In this document: positions 36,661-44,855 of the stretch, piece by piece | Layout of the letters: every line of letters begins with the position of its first letter | Numbering within the stretch: the stretch's first letter is position 1 | Source of the DNA: a virus | Taxonomy: Duplodnaviria; Caudoviricetes | IMG/VR virus record: IMGVR_UViG_3300037484_000235 | Span: 1-64,000 of that record | DNA length: 64,000 nt | Strand: one strand, 5' to 3' | Notes under the pieces: generated by a model | The model's input: only the letters and a program-made list of their open reading frames with translations | What the model was told of the DNA's origin: nothing | Databases searched by the model: none | Translations under genes and position numbers: made by a program

Positions 36661-37341
36661 CTACCTTGTTGCAACCGCCCGCTCTTCGGAGGCGAGAGGC
36701 CGACGACGGAACGAGTGGTTGATTGAGTGCACATTCGCGATGCGCAGGAATCCGGGCTCATCATGCTTGAGCATGAGTGCCTGACTCAGCATCGTGTCCG
36801 CATCCGGAACCCCGTCTCGGGGGTGCGCACAGAGGGACCTGACGACCTTTCCGTTTTCGTCAAGGACATCCACGTTCGCGCTCCGCCCACGGTTGATCCG
36901 GTACTTCTTGCCGGACTTCGAGCAGAGCATGAACCAGTCCTGGTTGGTGAGCTGGGCCCGTTGTTCGTCCGTCAGGTGCGCTCGAAGTAGGGCTTCTGCT
37001 CGCCCGTCGGCTGCGGCGCGTTCACTGGCCCGGAGTGCATCCTTGACTGCCCACTCCTGGCGCCGAAGCTCATCGCGTGCAATCCGTTCCGTACGCTGGG
37101 CGTCAGTCTCTGGTGCGCGGGGTGCCGCTGCTGAAACGTAGGACTGAACCCAAAGTGGCCAGATACCACTTGTGCCAGCACTTGTAACGGAGAGCGTCTG
37201 GGAATTCCAGGCGTTCCACACAAGGCTATTTGTAGTATTGGTACAAGCCGTTGTGGAGGAGTCCAACCACCCCTTCCATATAAGAAGTGGTTTGGGGCTG
37301 TACACAGCCTCCGTCGGTGCCGTTATGACCGACGTGGGCAT
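36661..37341 (-). CDS. partner of the ubiquitin-like protein, unknown function
   Basis: ATG 1 nt after the upstream TGA; RAEALLRAHLT..Q...YRI.RG...LCAHP...DTMLSQALML. Confidence 0.75.
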   Translation of the reverse strand: MPTSVITAPTEAVYSPKPLLIWKGWLDSSTTACTNTTNSLVWNAWNSQTLSVTSAGTSGIWPLWVQSYVSAAAPRAPETDAQRTERIARDELRRQEWAVKDALRASERAAADGRAEALLRAHLTDEQRAQLTNQDWFMLCSKSGKKYRINRGRSANVDVLDENGKVVRSLCAHPRDGVPDADTMLSQALMLKHDEPGFLRIANVHSINHSFRRRPLASEERAVATR

Positions 37342-37342
37342 T

Positions 37343-37648
37343 TCAACCACCGGCCATTGGCGGGACAAGTACGACGCGTCCGGCCTTGGGGTCGAACTCG
37401 GTCATCTGGTCCCCGTTGACCCCCTTCTCATCGGTGCGGAAGGCGAGGTATCCCTTTGCCCGAAGGTCATCGAAGCTACGACGAGCATCGTCGCATTCGA
37501 TGACCTTCGTTGGATCCCAGATCTTTTTCACGTCCCCAGAGAGCCCCATCGTCTCGAAGACGAGGTTACCCTCTCGGACGAGAGCCTGTAGCGCATCCTC
37601 GTTGAGGACTTCCTTGGTTCCATCGTGCCGCTGAATCTCGAAATTCAT
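37343..37648 (-). CDS. putative ubiquitin-like (MoaD/ThiS-type tail) protein
   Basis: C-terminus VVLVPPMAGG*, comparable to MoaD FFPPVTGG. Confidence 0.6.
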   Translation of the reverse strand: MNFEIQRHDGTKEVLNEDALQALVREGNLVFETMGLSGDVKKIWDPTKVIECDDARRSFDDLRAKGYLAFRTDEKGVNGDQMTEFDPKAGRVVLVPPMAGG

Positions 37649-37718
37649 CTGTGTATGTCTTTCTGTTGTCCCCCTAAGGGAGAACCTGTGCTGCCTTACG
37701 CTTTACCGTCAAGAAGTC

Positions 37719-38102
37719 TCACCCTTCTCCAAGAATTCTCTTCGCCATGAAGCGAAGGTGAATTGCAGAACTTTCAAATCGATCTGGACTGACCCAACGG
37801 TAGTGGATGGAACTTGCACCATGGTAGGGGCCGCGCGAGACCTTCGGTGCGTCTTCAACCCGAGCATTGTTCTTTGCAGCGTAGCTGCGCCACTGGCGCT
37901 CACAGTCCGCTAGGGACTCTTCAATCCCGATGCCCTGCCAAATGGCAACATAGAAGAGCCGTTGGATACGTGGCATCTCTGAGTCGGCCTGATCTGCCCC
38001 AGACATGGATTTGATCATGTACTCGTGCTGCTGCCCAAGTTGGCGCATCTGAACGAAGAGCTGCTCCTCTTGTGCCTCGGTGATGCCCGGACCTCGAATC
38101 AC
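37719..38102 (-). CDS. hypothetical protein
   Basis: GTG 38102 overlaps the upstream TGA. Confidence 0.6.
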   Translation of the reverse strand: MIRGPGITEAQEEQLFVQMRQLGQQHEYMIKSMSGADQADSEMPRIQRLFYVAIWQGIGIEESLADCERQWRSYAAKNNARVEDAPKVSRGPYHGASSIHYRWVSPDRFESSAIHLRFMAKRILGEG

Positions 38103-38233
38103 GGCAGACCTCCCTTGGTTCGTTTGGTGAGCTTGTCGCTGAACGTGAGGCCAACCTTCTTGGGGGCGTGCATGCGTGTTCCGACAAAGTATCCGACCGT
38201 GAATCCAACGATGACTACGAGCGCGTACCCCAT
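38099..38233 (-). CDS. 44-aa membrane peptide (not in ORF track)
   Basis: MGYALVVIVGFTVGYFVGTRM..., followed by a basic tail. Confidence 0.6.
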   Translation of the reverse strand: MGYALVVIVGFTVGYFVGTRMHAPKKVGLTFSDKLTKRTKGGLP

Positions 38234-38673
38234 CACTGTTCGTCCCCGTCCTTACGTGACAGAGCCCCCTCATGTTCGTCCTTGAGACGCCGCAACGCCC
38301 ACGCATCGATTGCGGCGAAGAGGGCGGAGCGGACACTTTCTACGTGCGCCACGTCATCCGGGGCGAATCGTGATGCCTGCGCTTGTGTACACGCACCAGC
38401 ATGGTCACGCACCGCCGCCACGATTTCTGCATCGTTTTGCGATCCTACCACCCATGAAACCCCAGAGCACAAATCCCCGTAATTCTTGTGATCTCGGGGC
38501 ATGTCGCAGGTCACCCCAGGGAAACCGGGAATCGGATCCCCACAAAGGTCGTCTCTCTCGTAAAGACGACGATGCACGTCGACCGGTTCAGCACACAAGT
38601 CGCAAGTGTCGTAATCCTTTCCACGCCAGGGCTGGAATCGATGCGGAGCATACACTCTGTTTTCATTCGTCAT
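38233..38673 (-). CDS. hypothetical protein
   Basis: TGATG coupling; CDLC and CDMPRDH. Confidence 0.6.
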   Translation of the reverse strand: MTNENRVYAPHRFQPWRGKDYDTCDLCAEPVDVHRRLYERDDLCGDPIPGFPGVTCDMPRDHKNYGDLCSGVSWVVGSQNDAEIVAAVRDHAGACTQAQASRFAPDDVAHVESVRSALFAAIDAWALRRLKDEHEGALSRKDGDEQ

Positions 38674-38869
38674 AGTCAGGTTCCCGATGAGAGAGGAGTG
38701 CACCGCAGATAACACCAGTGAAGGCAACTAGGATAGTCGTGATAATCCACCCAGCCCCACCATCTGGGAGATCACTGAATCGTGCCGTGGGTCCTAGAAC
38801 GATGAGTGCCACTACTGCGGGAAGCGTCACCGAAGTCATGGGAATTGCAAATGACAGAAATCGTCTCAT
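38663..38869 (-). CDS. two-TM membrane protein
   Basis: Two hydrophobic segments in 68 aa. Confidence 0.6.
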   Translation of the reverse strand: MRRFLSFAIPMTSVTLPAVVALIVLGPTARFSDLPDGGAGWIITTILVAFTGVICGALLSHREPDYDE

Positions 38870-39174
38870 AGGCTTACACTGCGACGCCAGGAATCCATGA
38901 AGGAAGCCAGATTGAGTATGCCCACGGGGTTGGCCGAGTGCACCAGGAACATGGGAACGGCCTGCACCCCATCCCAGTACTCGTTCGCCAGCCACTTGAG
39001 AAAGTCCATGGCCCGATCCTCACCACCGAGGTCGTGATCCAGAGACATGAGCGCGGGCATCCCCCGCTCCGAGACCAGAGCCTTGGCTGCCTCAGTCGAA
39101 CGGGCAACCGTCCAGGGTGTCACGTCCATGGGAGAGGGATCCCTCAGGTCATCCAGGTACAAACTCCAGGTCAC
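38866..39174 (-). CDS. cyclic-phosphate-processing receiver-like (cREC) protein
   Basis: LYLDDLRDP, ARSTEAA, MSLDHDLG and VHSANPVG. Confidence 0.8.
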   Translation of the reverse strand: MTWSLYLDDLRDPSPMDVTPWTVARSTEAAKALVSERGMPALMSLDHDLGGEDRAMDFLKWLANEYWDGVQAVPMFLVHSANPVGILNLASFMDSWRRSVSL

Positions 39175-39530
39175 TGAGTCTTCCACTCTTCTACGAACTT
39201 ACGCATGTCCCGCTCTGCTTCCCACGAACCCGTGAGGTAGCGGACGGTGTGCGGTGGGTTGTTCGGGTACATCCGCTTGGCTTCCACCAGAACGTCCATA
39301 CCGTTCTCGTGACCGACGATGTTGAAATCGAGGTACATCACCTCGGGCGGTCCATAGCACTGGAGGTAGAACACGGCCATGTCGTAGCTGGTGGCCCACA
39401 AGAGAAGCGGAATCTCTTCCTGCTTCGTTTCGATCCCGTAGGGCATTGCCCCGTTGGGACCTTCCATGTTCGAGGGGAACGAGCGCGGGGTGCACACATC
39501 ATCCAGGAAGAGCTGCCACTTGATGCGCAT
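39171..39530 (-). CDS. divergent cREC-like protein
   Basis: LFLDDVCTP, ATSYDMA and MYLDFNIVG align with the neighbour. Confidence 0.6.
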   Translation of the reverse strand: MRIKWQLFLDDVCTPRSFPSNMEGPNGAMPYGIETKQEEIPLLLWATSYDMAVFYLQCYGPPEVMYLDFNIVGHENGMDVLVEAKRMYPNNPPHTVRYLTGSWEAERDMRKFVEEWKTQ

Positions 39531-39553
39531 GGTGAGTGCCTTACACCTCTCGC

Positions 39554-39742
39554 TCAGCCCGGAGGAATGAACGTCTTGGTGTCCTGTCCGAAGGGACGAT
39601 GAATCAGAGCGCCGGGATAATCGTCCCGTACGTTTTCGAGGACGATGCGGGCCTCCCCGATGTCCTTGCATCCGATTCCAGCGAAGCGGCTGTCGTACAC
39701 CACGAAGTACGTGGTCTTGATCGTTTCGGTCTTGGTCGTCAT
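39554..39742 (-). CDS. hypothetical protein
   Basis: Follows the element. Confidence 0.65.
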   Translation of the reverse strand: MTTKTETIKTTYFVVYDSRFAGIGCKDIGEARIVLENVRDDYPGALIHRPFGQDTKTFIPPG

Positions 39743-39756
39743 TGGGTTCCTACCTT

Positions 39757-39798
39757 CCTCACTTAGGTAACGGGTGGGGGCCCACGATTTACACGATT
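39757..39798 (-). promoter_or_regulatory. bipartite promoter-like element
   Basis: AATCGTGTAA-N16-CGTTACCTAAGTGAGG. Confidence 0.85.
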
Positions 39799-39898
39799 CG
39801 TTTTCTTCCTATGGGCGTAAGGTGAGTGTCTCCCTCCTACGGCTGTCCACTGCCCCCCCAGTTCCGGACGGCCAAGTTGAGGAGGGGGACGTTTCTCT

Positions 39899-40576
39899 CT
39901 ATGGGGGCCCAAGCCTGGTAGCAAGAGATGGTGCGTAGGGCTTTGCCGTACGCACCAGGTAGCCAGGTGCCCACGGATCAAGATCACAGGCAAGTCTGTA
40001 GACATCCGTCTCGGCGCAACCCTCGAACTGGGTGAGCCACTTACGTGCATTCTCCGGGGTGTACCTGGTATCCCCCCTTGAAATCGACTCTTCTATGAAT
40101 TCCCGAATCACGATGAGAGCAAGATCTCGCGGTAAAATGTACTCACATCGGGTTTCGTCATAGGATTCCCGTACATGGGTCACTGCGGGTCGACCATCCT
40201 GGAGGATGTATAATGTGACCTTCGTAGAGACCCCCGTCTCTTTGTTCCTCGGTAGGATTTCCTTGGTAGCACCTTCAAGAACATCTCGCATCGGATGTTC
40301 AGTAGATATGCAATCGTGACCCACGAGGTGTTTCGCCTCCCGCACATCGGAATCTTCCTTGGGTTCCCGAACACGTGCCTTGTGACCCATAGGGCACGGT
40401 CTTAGATTGGTGCATCTTTCGCCTGTGGAAAGTAGGACGTTGCATACAATGGTGCACCTCTCACACTCGACGCCCCAGTCTCCCTTCTTACCGACGAGCC
40501 TGCCGCCATTCGCAGCAACATATACGTCGCACCTTCGACATAGCCCCGCGTAGGAATTTGATCTTTTCTTCATCAC
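39899..40576 (-). CDS. hypothetical protein with N-terminal Cys motifs
   Basis: CRRC, CERC and CTNLRPCPMGH. Confidence 0.6.
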   Translation of the reverse strand: MMKKRSNSYAGLCRRCDVYVAANGGRLVGKKGDWGVECERCTIVCNVLLSTGERCTNLRPCPMGHKARVREPKEDSDVREAKHLVGHDCISTEHPMRDVLEGATKEILPRNKETGVSTKVTLYILQDGRPAVTHVRESYDETRCEYILPRDLALIVIREFIEESISRGDTRYTPENARKWLTQFEGCAETDVYRLACDLDPWAPGYLVRTAKPYAPSLATRLGPP

Positions 40577-40612
40577 CCGGGTAACGGATGAAGGAGATCA
40601 CTTTTCACGTTT
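40571..40612 (-). promoter_or_regulatory. degenerate bipartite element
   Basis: AAACGTGAAA (8/10)-N16-CGTTACCCGGGTGATG. Confidence 0.55.
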
Positions 40613-40636
40613 CACGGTCTATCAGACTCACAGGTC

Positions 40637-40888
40637 ATGGGTCTTGCGTTTTCAGCTGCTGGAAGGATCGCATTTGAGGTAGTGGTACACCCCACGGCCA
40701 TCGGATTGAGCCGCTTCTCGCAAGCGGTTTTCCGAACTGGGGCTCGTGTATCCCACACGACCAGGGTGTCTTCCAGAGAGTACAAAGCGATTGTGTGGTT
40801 GAGAGTTGTGTCTGTGCCAATGTTCAAGAGCTTGTGCAAGCCTGCGTCCTTCGAGTTCATTGCCACACGAGACGTGACGCGTGGATGA
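40637..40888 (+). CDS. hypothetical protein
   Basis: Start of a small + island; weak support. Confidence 0.35.
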   Translation: MGLAFSAAGRIAFEVVVHPTAIGLSRFSQAVFRTGARVSHTTRVSSREYKAIVWLRVVSVPMFKSLCKPASFEFIATRDVTRG

Positions 40889-40917
40889 AGATACAGGTGT
40901 AAGGTGCAGAAGAAGTC

Positions 40918-41184
40918 ATGCATGGGTACCCCATAAACTTCAATGACCCAAGATACTCGAACAGGGTGTGTGGGTCTTGTAACTGTCAGACAGGGTGCTG
41001 CGCCAATCAAGCGCTTCTGAAGCGGATAGGGGATAATGCATATCTCCGCCAGAGACTTGCTCTTTGGGAGGGGATTATTGTTGGATCACATCCTCCTCCA
41101 TCAGAGCCACGAAAGAATCGGAAAGAACGCCGCTTGAAGGAGCACCTGTCTCGGTGTGGTCCACCTGCAAAAAGGCGTTGGTGA
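40918..41184 (+). CDS. Cys-rich basic hypothetical protein
   Basis: CGSCNCQTGCC. Confidence 0.5.
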   Translation: MHGYPINFNDPRYSNRVCGSCNCQTGCCANQALLKRIGDNAYLRQRLALWEGIIVGSHPPPSEPRKNRKERRLKEHLSRCGPPAKRRW

Positions 41185-41238
41185 CGTGGTATGAAAGCCC
41201 CGTTTTCAAGGCTCTATCCTGCGCTTAGGTAGGCCCCC

Positions 41239-41520
41239 ATGAGCAGCAGTAAACCCCAGTCAATTCCGGTCCAGATCAACAACGTCGTGGACATCCGATT
41301 TGCCAGGGTCAAGAAACTATCCAGAGCATTCTTTGCAGACTTGAACTCGGCAGTCCCAGATGACAGATTGGTGCCAATGGCATTTGAGTTCATTGAGACA
41401 CTCAGGGGCTCAGGACAAGTACCCACAGCGCCAGTTAAGAGGGTCATCCTCAAGCACGCGATGCTAGTAGCACTTCTTGACACGCTTCGGAGTGAGAAGG
41501 TGCGCCGGAATCGACCTTAG
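41239..41520 (+). CDS. hypothetical protein
   Basis: Converges with 41517-41819. Confidence 0.55.
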   Translation: MSSSKPQSIPVQINNVVDIRFARVKKLSRAFFADLNSAVPDDRLVPMAFEFIETLRGSGQVPTAPVKRVILKHAMLVALLDTLRSEKVRRNRP

Positions 41521-41819
41521 TCGGTGAGGTACTCCCACAGACACCCATCGAAATGGACCCTTCGATTGATCTCTTCCCAGAGGGCGTACAACGCAGGTTC
41601 ACTACCTAGGATTTTGGCAGCAAAGTTGGAGTTGAGAACTGGACCTTCGGGGGTCCACAACACCAGAATGTCTTTCCCACCAAGATCTGAGATCTTGTCT
41701 GGGTGATCTGCAAAGTAGGTCAGGAGCCATCGGATGCGGTCAGCACGAATTTCCTGCTTCTGGTCCCTGGATTGCTCACCTGCTTCCGCAATCCCATCCA
41801 TCCATTCTTTTGTGCTCAT
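41517..41819 (-). CDS. hypothetical protein
   Basis: ATGA overlap. Confidence 0.6.
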   Translation of the reverse strand: MSTKEWMDGIAEAGEQSRDQKQEIRADRIRWLLTYFADHPDKISDLGGKDILVLWTPEGPVLNSNFAAKILGSEPALYALWEEINRRVHFDGCLWEYLTD

Positions 41820-42016
41820 AGCGCCAACTCCACTGCATGTTCCAGGGCACGAATGCACTCAGTGCACTTGGTATCCACGAATAGATCCAGCCCCCATCCG
41901 TGCTTGGCCAGAAGTCCACATTCCGCTTTTCTATCATGGTTCACGGCGTGCAGCTTCCAGCCAGTTTGAGCTGCTGAGTGACTGTTGCGTGGGTTTGTAG
42001 TACGCCACTTAGTCAT
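41816..42016 (-). CDS. hypothetical protein
   Basis: WKLHAV...AECGL...KCTEC. Confidence 0.6.
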   Translation of the reverse strand: MTKWRTTNPRNSHSAAQTGWKLHAVNHDRKAECGLLAKHGWGLDLFVDTKCTECIRALEHAVELAL

Positions 42017-42602
42017 GAGACCGCTCAAAGGGACGGAGTTTCAGTTCCTCGCCAACTAGCGCCCGAAGGCGACGGAGTTTTAACTCGTCACTGACTAGCT
42101 TGTCGTGGAGTTTGAAATCGTCCTGAGTCCAATACCGGACTCGATTGTAATCAGGGATCTTACCCCTTAGGTGTTCCCATGCTTTTTGTAGAGTCCACCT
42201 GATTGGTTTCCGTCCTGTTCTCAACCAGGGCCAGTTCTTGGGGTCTGATTGTTGAACACACCATCTGTTCGATCCACTGGGGATACCTCTCCATCGCCTT
42301 TGACGTGGAGACTTCCTAAGGGACTCAGATTGAGCCAGGCTCCTGGCTCTACATACTTCACAATGGTACGGAGCATACAGTCCTGTGTTCCCTGGCTGGT
42401 TGCACCCTTTGCAGCGCACTGTTCCACACACCCGATCAAGATGGGCCAGAGCCTCATCCGCAAGATGGACGAACCCTCCTTGGCGAGCTAGCTTCTCAGC
42501 TTCGTAGATGAGTTCCCTGTCCCCAGAGCGGATGGCTGCCGTCACCGTCTCCCGGATGGGAACGATGCTTCTAGTGCCACGGTATTTTCGTACTGGGTCC
42601 AC
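42009..42602 (-). CDS. hypothetical protein with zinc finger
   Basis: CKGC and CEVC; GTG 42602 assumed as start. Confidence 0.55.
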   Translation of the reverse strand: MDPVRKYRGTRSIVPIRETVTAAIRSGDRELIYEAEKLARQGGFVHLADEALAHLDRVCGTVRCKGCNQPGNTGLYAPYHCEVCRARSLAQSESLRKSPRQRRWRGIPSGSNRWCVQQSDPKNWPWLRTGRKPIRWTLQKAWEHLRGKIPDYNRVRYWTQDDFKLHDKLVSDELKLRRLRALVGEELKLRPFERSHD

Positions 42603-42609
42603 CGGTACT

Positions 42610-42954
42610 TTAGGACGCCTTGTGCATCTCGATGAACGCGATGAGGGCGTCTGCGCGCTCCGACTTCTGAGGGCCGGAGACATCGACACCCTTGATGTTC
42701 TTGTAGCGGACCTCGAAGTACCCGTTCATCAAGGCCACGACATTGGCGTTCGGATAGCCACAGATGGTCCGCGCCTCAGCTCGAAGAGATTCGTACCTTT
42801 CCCAGTAGCCCGCAGGCCACTTCTTCGCAGTCTCGTCCTTGTCCTTGTGGCTCCAGTTGCCGTTGGTGTCGTCATCCTCGTGGAGGGTGTGTGCGAAGCG
42901 TTCGTCGTTCAGAATTGAGTCGTTCATGATTGTCTCGGGGTCGTTTCTTCTCAT
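42610..42954 (-). CDS. hypothetical protein
   Basis: Downstream of the divergent element. Confidence 0.65.
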   Translation of the reverse strand: MRRNDPETIMNDSILNDERFAHTLHEDDDTNGNWSHKDKDETAKKWPAGYWERYESLRAEARTICGYPNANVVALMNGYFEVRYKNIKGVDVSGPQKSERADALIAFIEMHKAS

Positions 42955-42991
42955 GTGGCCAAATCTTGGACACGATTACCTTACGCTCAGG

Positions 42992-43023
42992 GAACGATTA
43001 GGCGAGGAATAATTTACACGATT
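42992..43023 (-). promoter_or_regulatory. bipartite element, leftward half of a divergent pair
   Basis: AATCGTGTAA-N17-CGTTC. Confidence 0.7.
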
Positions 43024-43034
43024 CGCAATTCCAG

Positions 43035-43076
43035 AATCGTGTAAATCGCCTGCGCTCCGCCGTAACTGTGGTGAGG
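43035..43076 (+). promoter_or_regulatory. bipartite element, rightward half of a divergent pair
   Basis: AATCGTGTAA-N16-CGTAACTGTGGTGAGG, ATG at 43083. Confidence 0.85.
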
Positions 43077-43082
43077 GTACCC

Positions 43083-43337
43083 ATGTCGTCCACCGAAGCA
43101 GAGATCAATGACGCAATCGAGGCGCTCACGTCCCCCGCACGGGAGAGACGATTGGCGGCTAGTCTTGACATGCGTGGCCTATGTCCGGCTGACTGCTACT
43201 GGCAAACGGAAGAGGAGCAACAGGCCCTGGACCGGCTGCAACTAGAGCTGATCCGAGTGCAGCCGACCACAGAACAGATTCGGGAGCGCGTCGCTCAGAA
43301 ACGTGCTGCCAGGTTGGCATCTGGAGAAAAGTCATGA
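43083..43337 (+). CDS. hypothetical protein
   Basis: Follows the element. Confidence 0.7.
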   Translation: MSSTEAEINDAIEALTSPARERRLAASLDMRGLCPADCYWQTEEEQQALDRLQLELIRVQPTTEQIRERVAQKRAARLASGEKS

Positions 43338-43642
43338 GCTGGTACCACTTTCACTGCAATTCAGGCGCCGGACACCAGTCGTTCCACGAGACCTACAGGT
43401 GGATCGATGCCCCCAATAAAGACGACCTGGAGTGTTACTGGGAAGATTGGGTCCGGGATGGGTACTGGCATGATGCCATTGGCGGAATCGACAAGGTCAA
43501 ATCTCTGCCGAAGGAGTGGCATGAGCGTCTAGTCGACAAGTACAAGAACAGAATCCTGCACAGCCGAGAGATGCTTGTTCTACTGGGTAAGACGCCAGTG
43601 AGGGCACCAAAGCGGGTGGCACGCAAGGAGAAGACGCCATGA
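43334..43642 (+). CDS. hypothetical protein
   Basis: ATGA overlap. Confidence 0.65.
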   Translation: MSWYHFHCNSGAGHQSFHETYRWIDAPNKDDLECYWEDWVRDGYWHDAIGGIDKVKSLPKEWHERLVDKYKNRILHSREMLVLLGKTPVRAPKRVARKEKTP

Positions 43643-44043
43643 AGAGTCTGGTTTCGTTTCCCTTGACGAATCCACCGGATGACTTTCTCACGTGGTCCGT
43701 CAAAGGAGAGTCGGGCTGGTCGGATGAAAAGCTGTTCGTCGAGGCACGTGCCTGCGCTTGGGAGGGTGATGTAAAGGCGGCCGTTGTTGTGAACAACGGC
43801 CAGATTCTCGAAGTCTGTGACGCCTCTACCTTGTCCCTCTTCCAGCTTGCCCTCACCCTCCTCACTTGTGAGGCTTGCAACGGCTGTGAGCTTTGCTGCA
43901 TGGAGGGTGAATGTCAAGGTTGTGGGCAATGTGAGGTTTCCGACTTCGATGACACCATGGATGGTGACGCTGGTTCCGCGCTTTCCTCAGCAGGATTTGG
44001 GACGGACGAAGACTATGGCGGCCCCTGTGACTTCGAGTCATAA
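43639..44043 (+). CDS. Cys-rich acidic protein
   Basis: CEACNGCELCC..GECQGCGQC, then MDGDAGSALSSAGFGTDEDYG. Confidence 0.7.
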   Translation: MKSLVSFPLTNPPDDFLTWSVKGESGWSDEKLFVEARACAWEGDVKAAVVVNNGQILEVCDASTLSLFQLALTLLTCEACNGCELCCMEGECQGCGQCEVSDFDDTMDGDAGSALSSAGFGTDEDYGGPCDFES

Positions 44044-44257
44044 GCTCGACTACCGGGACCAACTGCGGCCACGAAACAAGGAAGACCTATTGGCTGCACT
44101 CGTGGGACTCATTGGGGACTTCATGTACCCGAGTGATGTAGAGGAGGCTCTCATCATGATCGAAGTGCTCTGCCGTCATCACTACGTCGATGGCTACAAC
44201 TCCGCCACCAAACAGTTTGGGATCGGGCGGGAGTTCTTCAAGGAAGACCTGAAGTAA
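44027..44257 (+). CDS. hypothetical protein
   Basis: Tiles the island; start uncertain. Confidence 0.5.
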   Translation: MTSSHKLDYRDQLRPRNKEDLLAALVGLIGDFMYPSDVEEALIMIEVLCRHHYVDGYNSATKQFGIGREFFKEDLK

Positions 44258-44321
44258 CATCTGGTGTATGGTGTGTTTGAAAGGTTCGCCCCCTGTAAAA
44301 TAGGGCGTGAATTGAAACACC

Positions 44322-44855
44322 ATGACTGACGCCGATGACCGATCCACAAATGACGACCTGACTGATGACTACGACCCCAACGACTTAGGGGATCTCCAGT
44401 GTGGTATGATTTCATCCACAAGATCAGCGGTGTGTATTCTGAATCCTGGACATGGGGGTATGCACCGTGTCTTTTCCGTTACAACCCACAGTTTTGGACC
44501 CAGGAAGCCTATCCCATTTCCGGATCTGGAAAACATTAACCCAGGAATCCGAGAGACAGTCAGGCTCCTAAATCAGAATGGCTTCCGGACTACAGATAGT
44601 GGTGACGGAAAGACAGGTGACTATTCGTGTGACCGTCCCTACCCATACGTGTCGATTGCTTCAACCCGTGCGGGGTTGATCCAGGATGCAGACGACATCG
44701 CCTTTCTGTTCTCTGAGCACGGTGTTCAAGTCGGAGAACTCACCGAAGAGGGTGAAGGCCCCTACATCCAGGCGATGTACACCCCTCAGGTAAAAAACTG
44801 CGCAATCATCGACATTCAGAATGTCGATGACAAGCTGTTGGGGCTCGTACCCTAA
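44322..44855 (+). CDS. hypothetical protein with TYW3-like motif
   Basis: INPGIRETVRLLNQNGFRTTDSGDG. Confidence 0.55.
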   Translation: MTDADDRSTNDDLTDDYDPNDLGDLQCGMISSTRSAVCILNPGHGGMHRVFSVTTHSFGPRKPIPFPDLENINPGIRETVRLLNQNGFRTTDSGDGKTGDYSCDRPYPYVSIASTRAGLIQDADDIAFLFSEHGVQVGELTEEGEGPYIQAMYTPQVKNCAIIDIQNVDDKLLGLVP

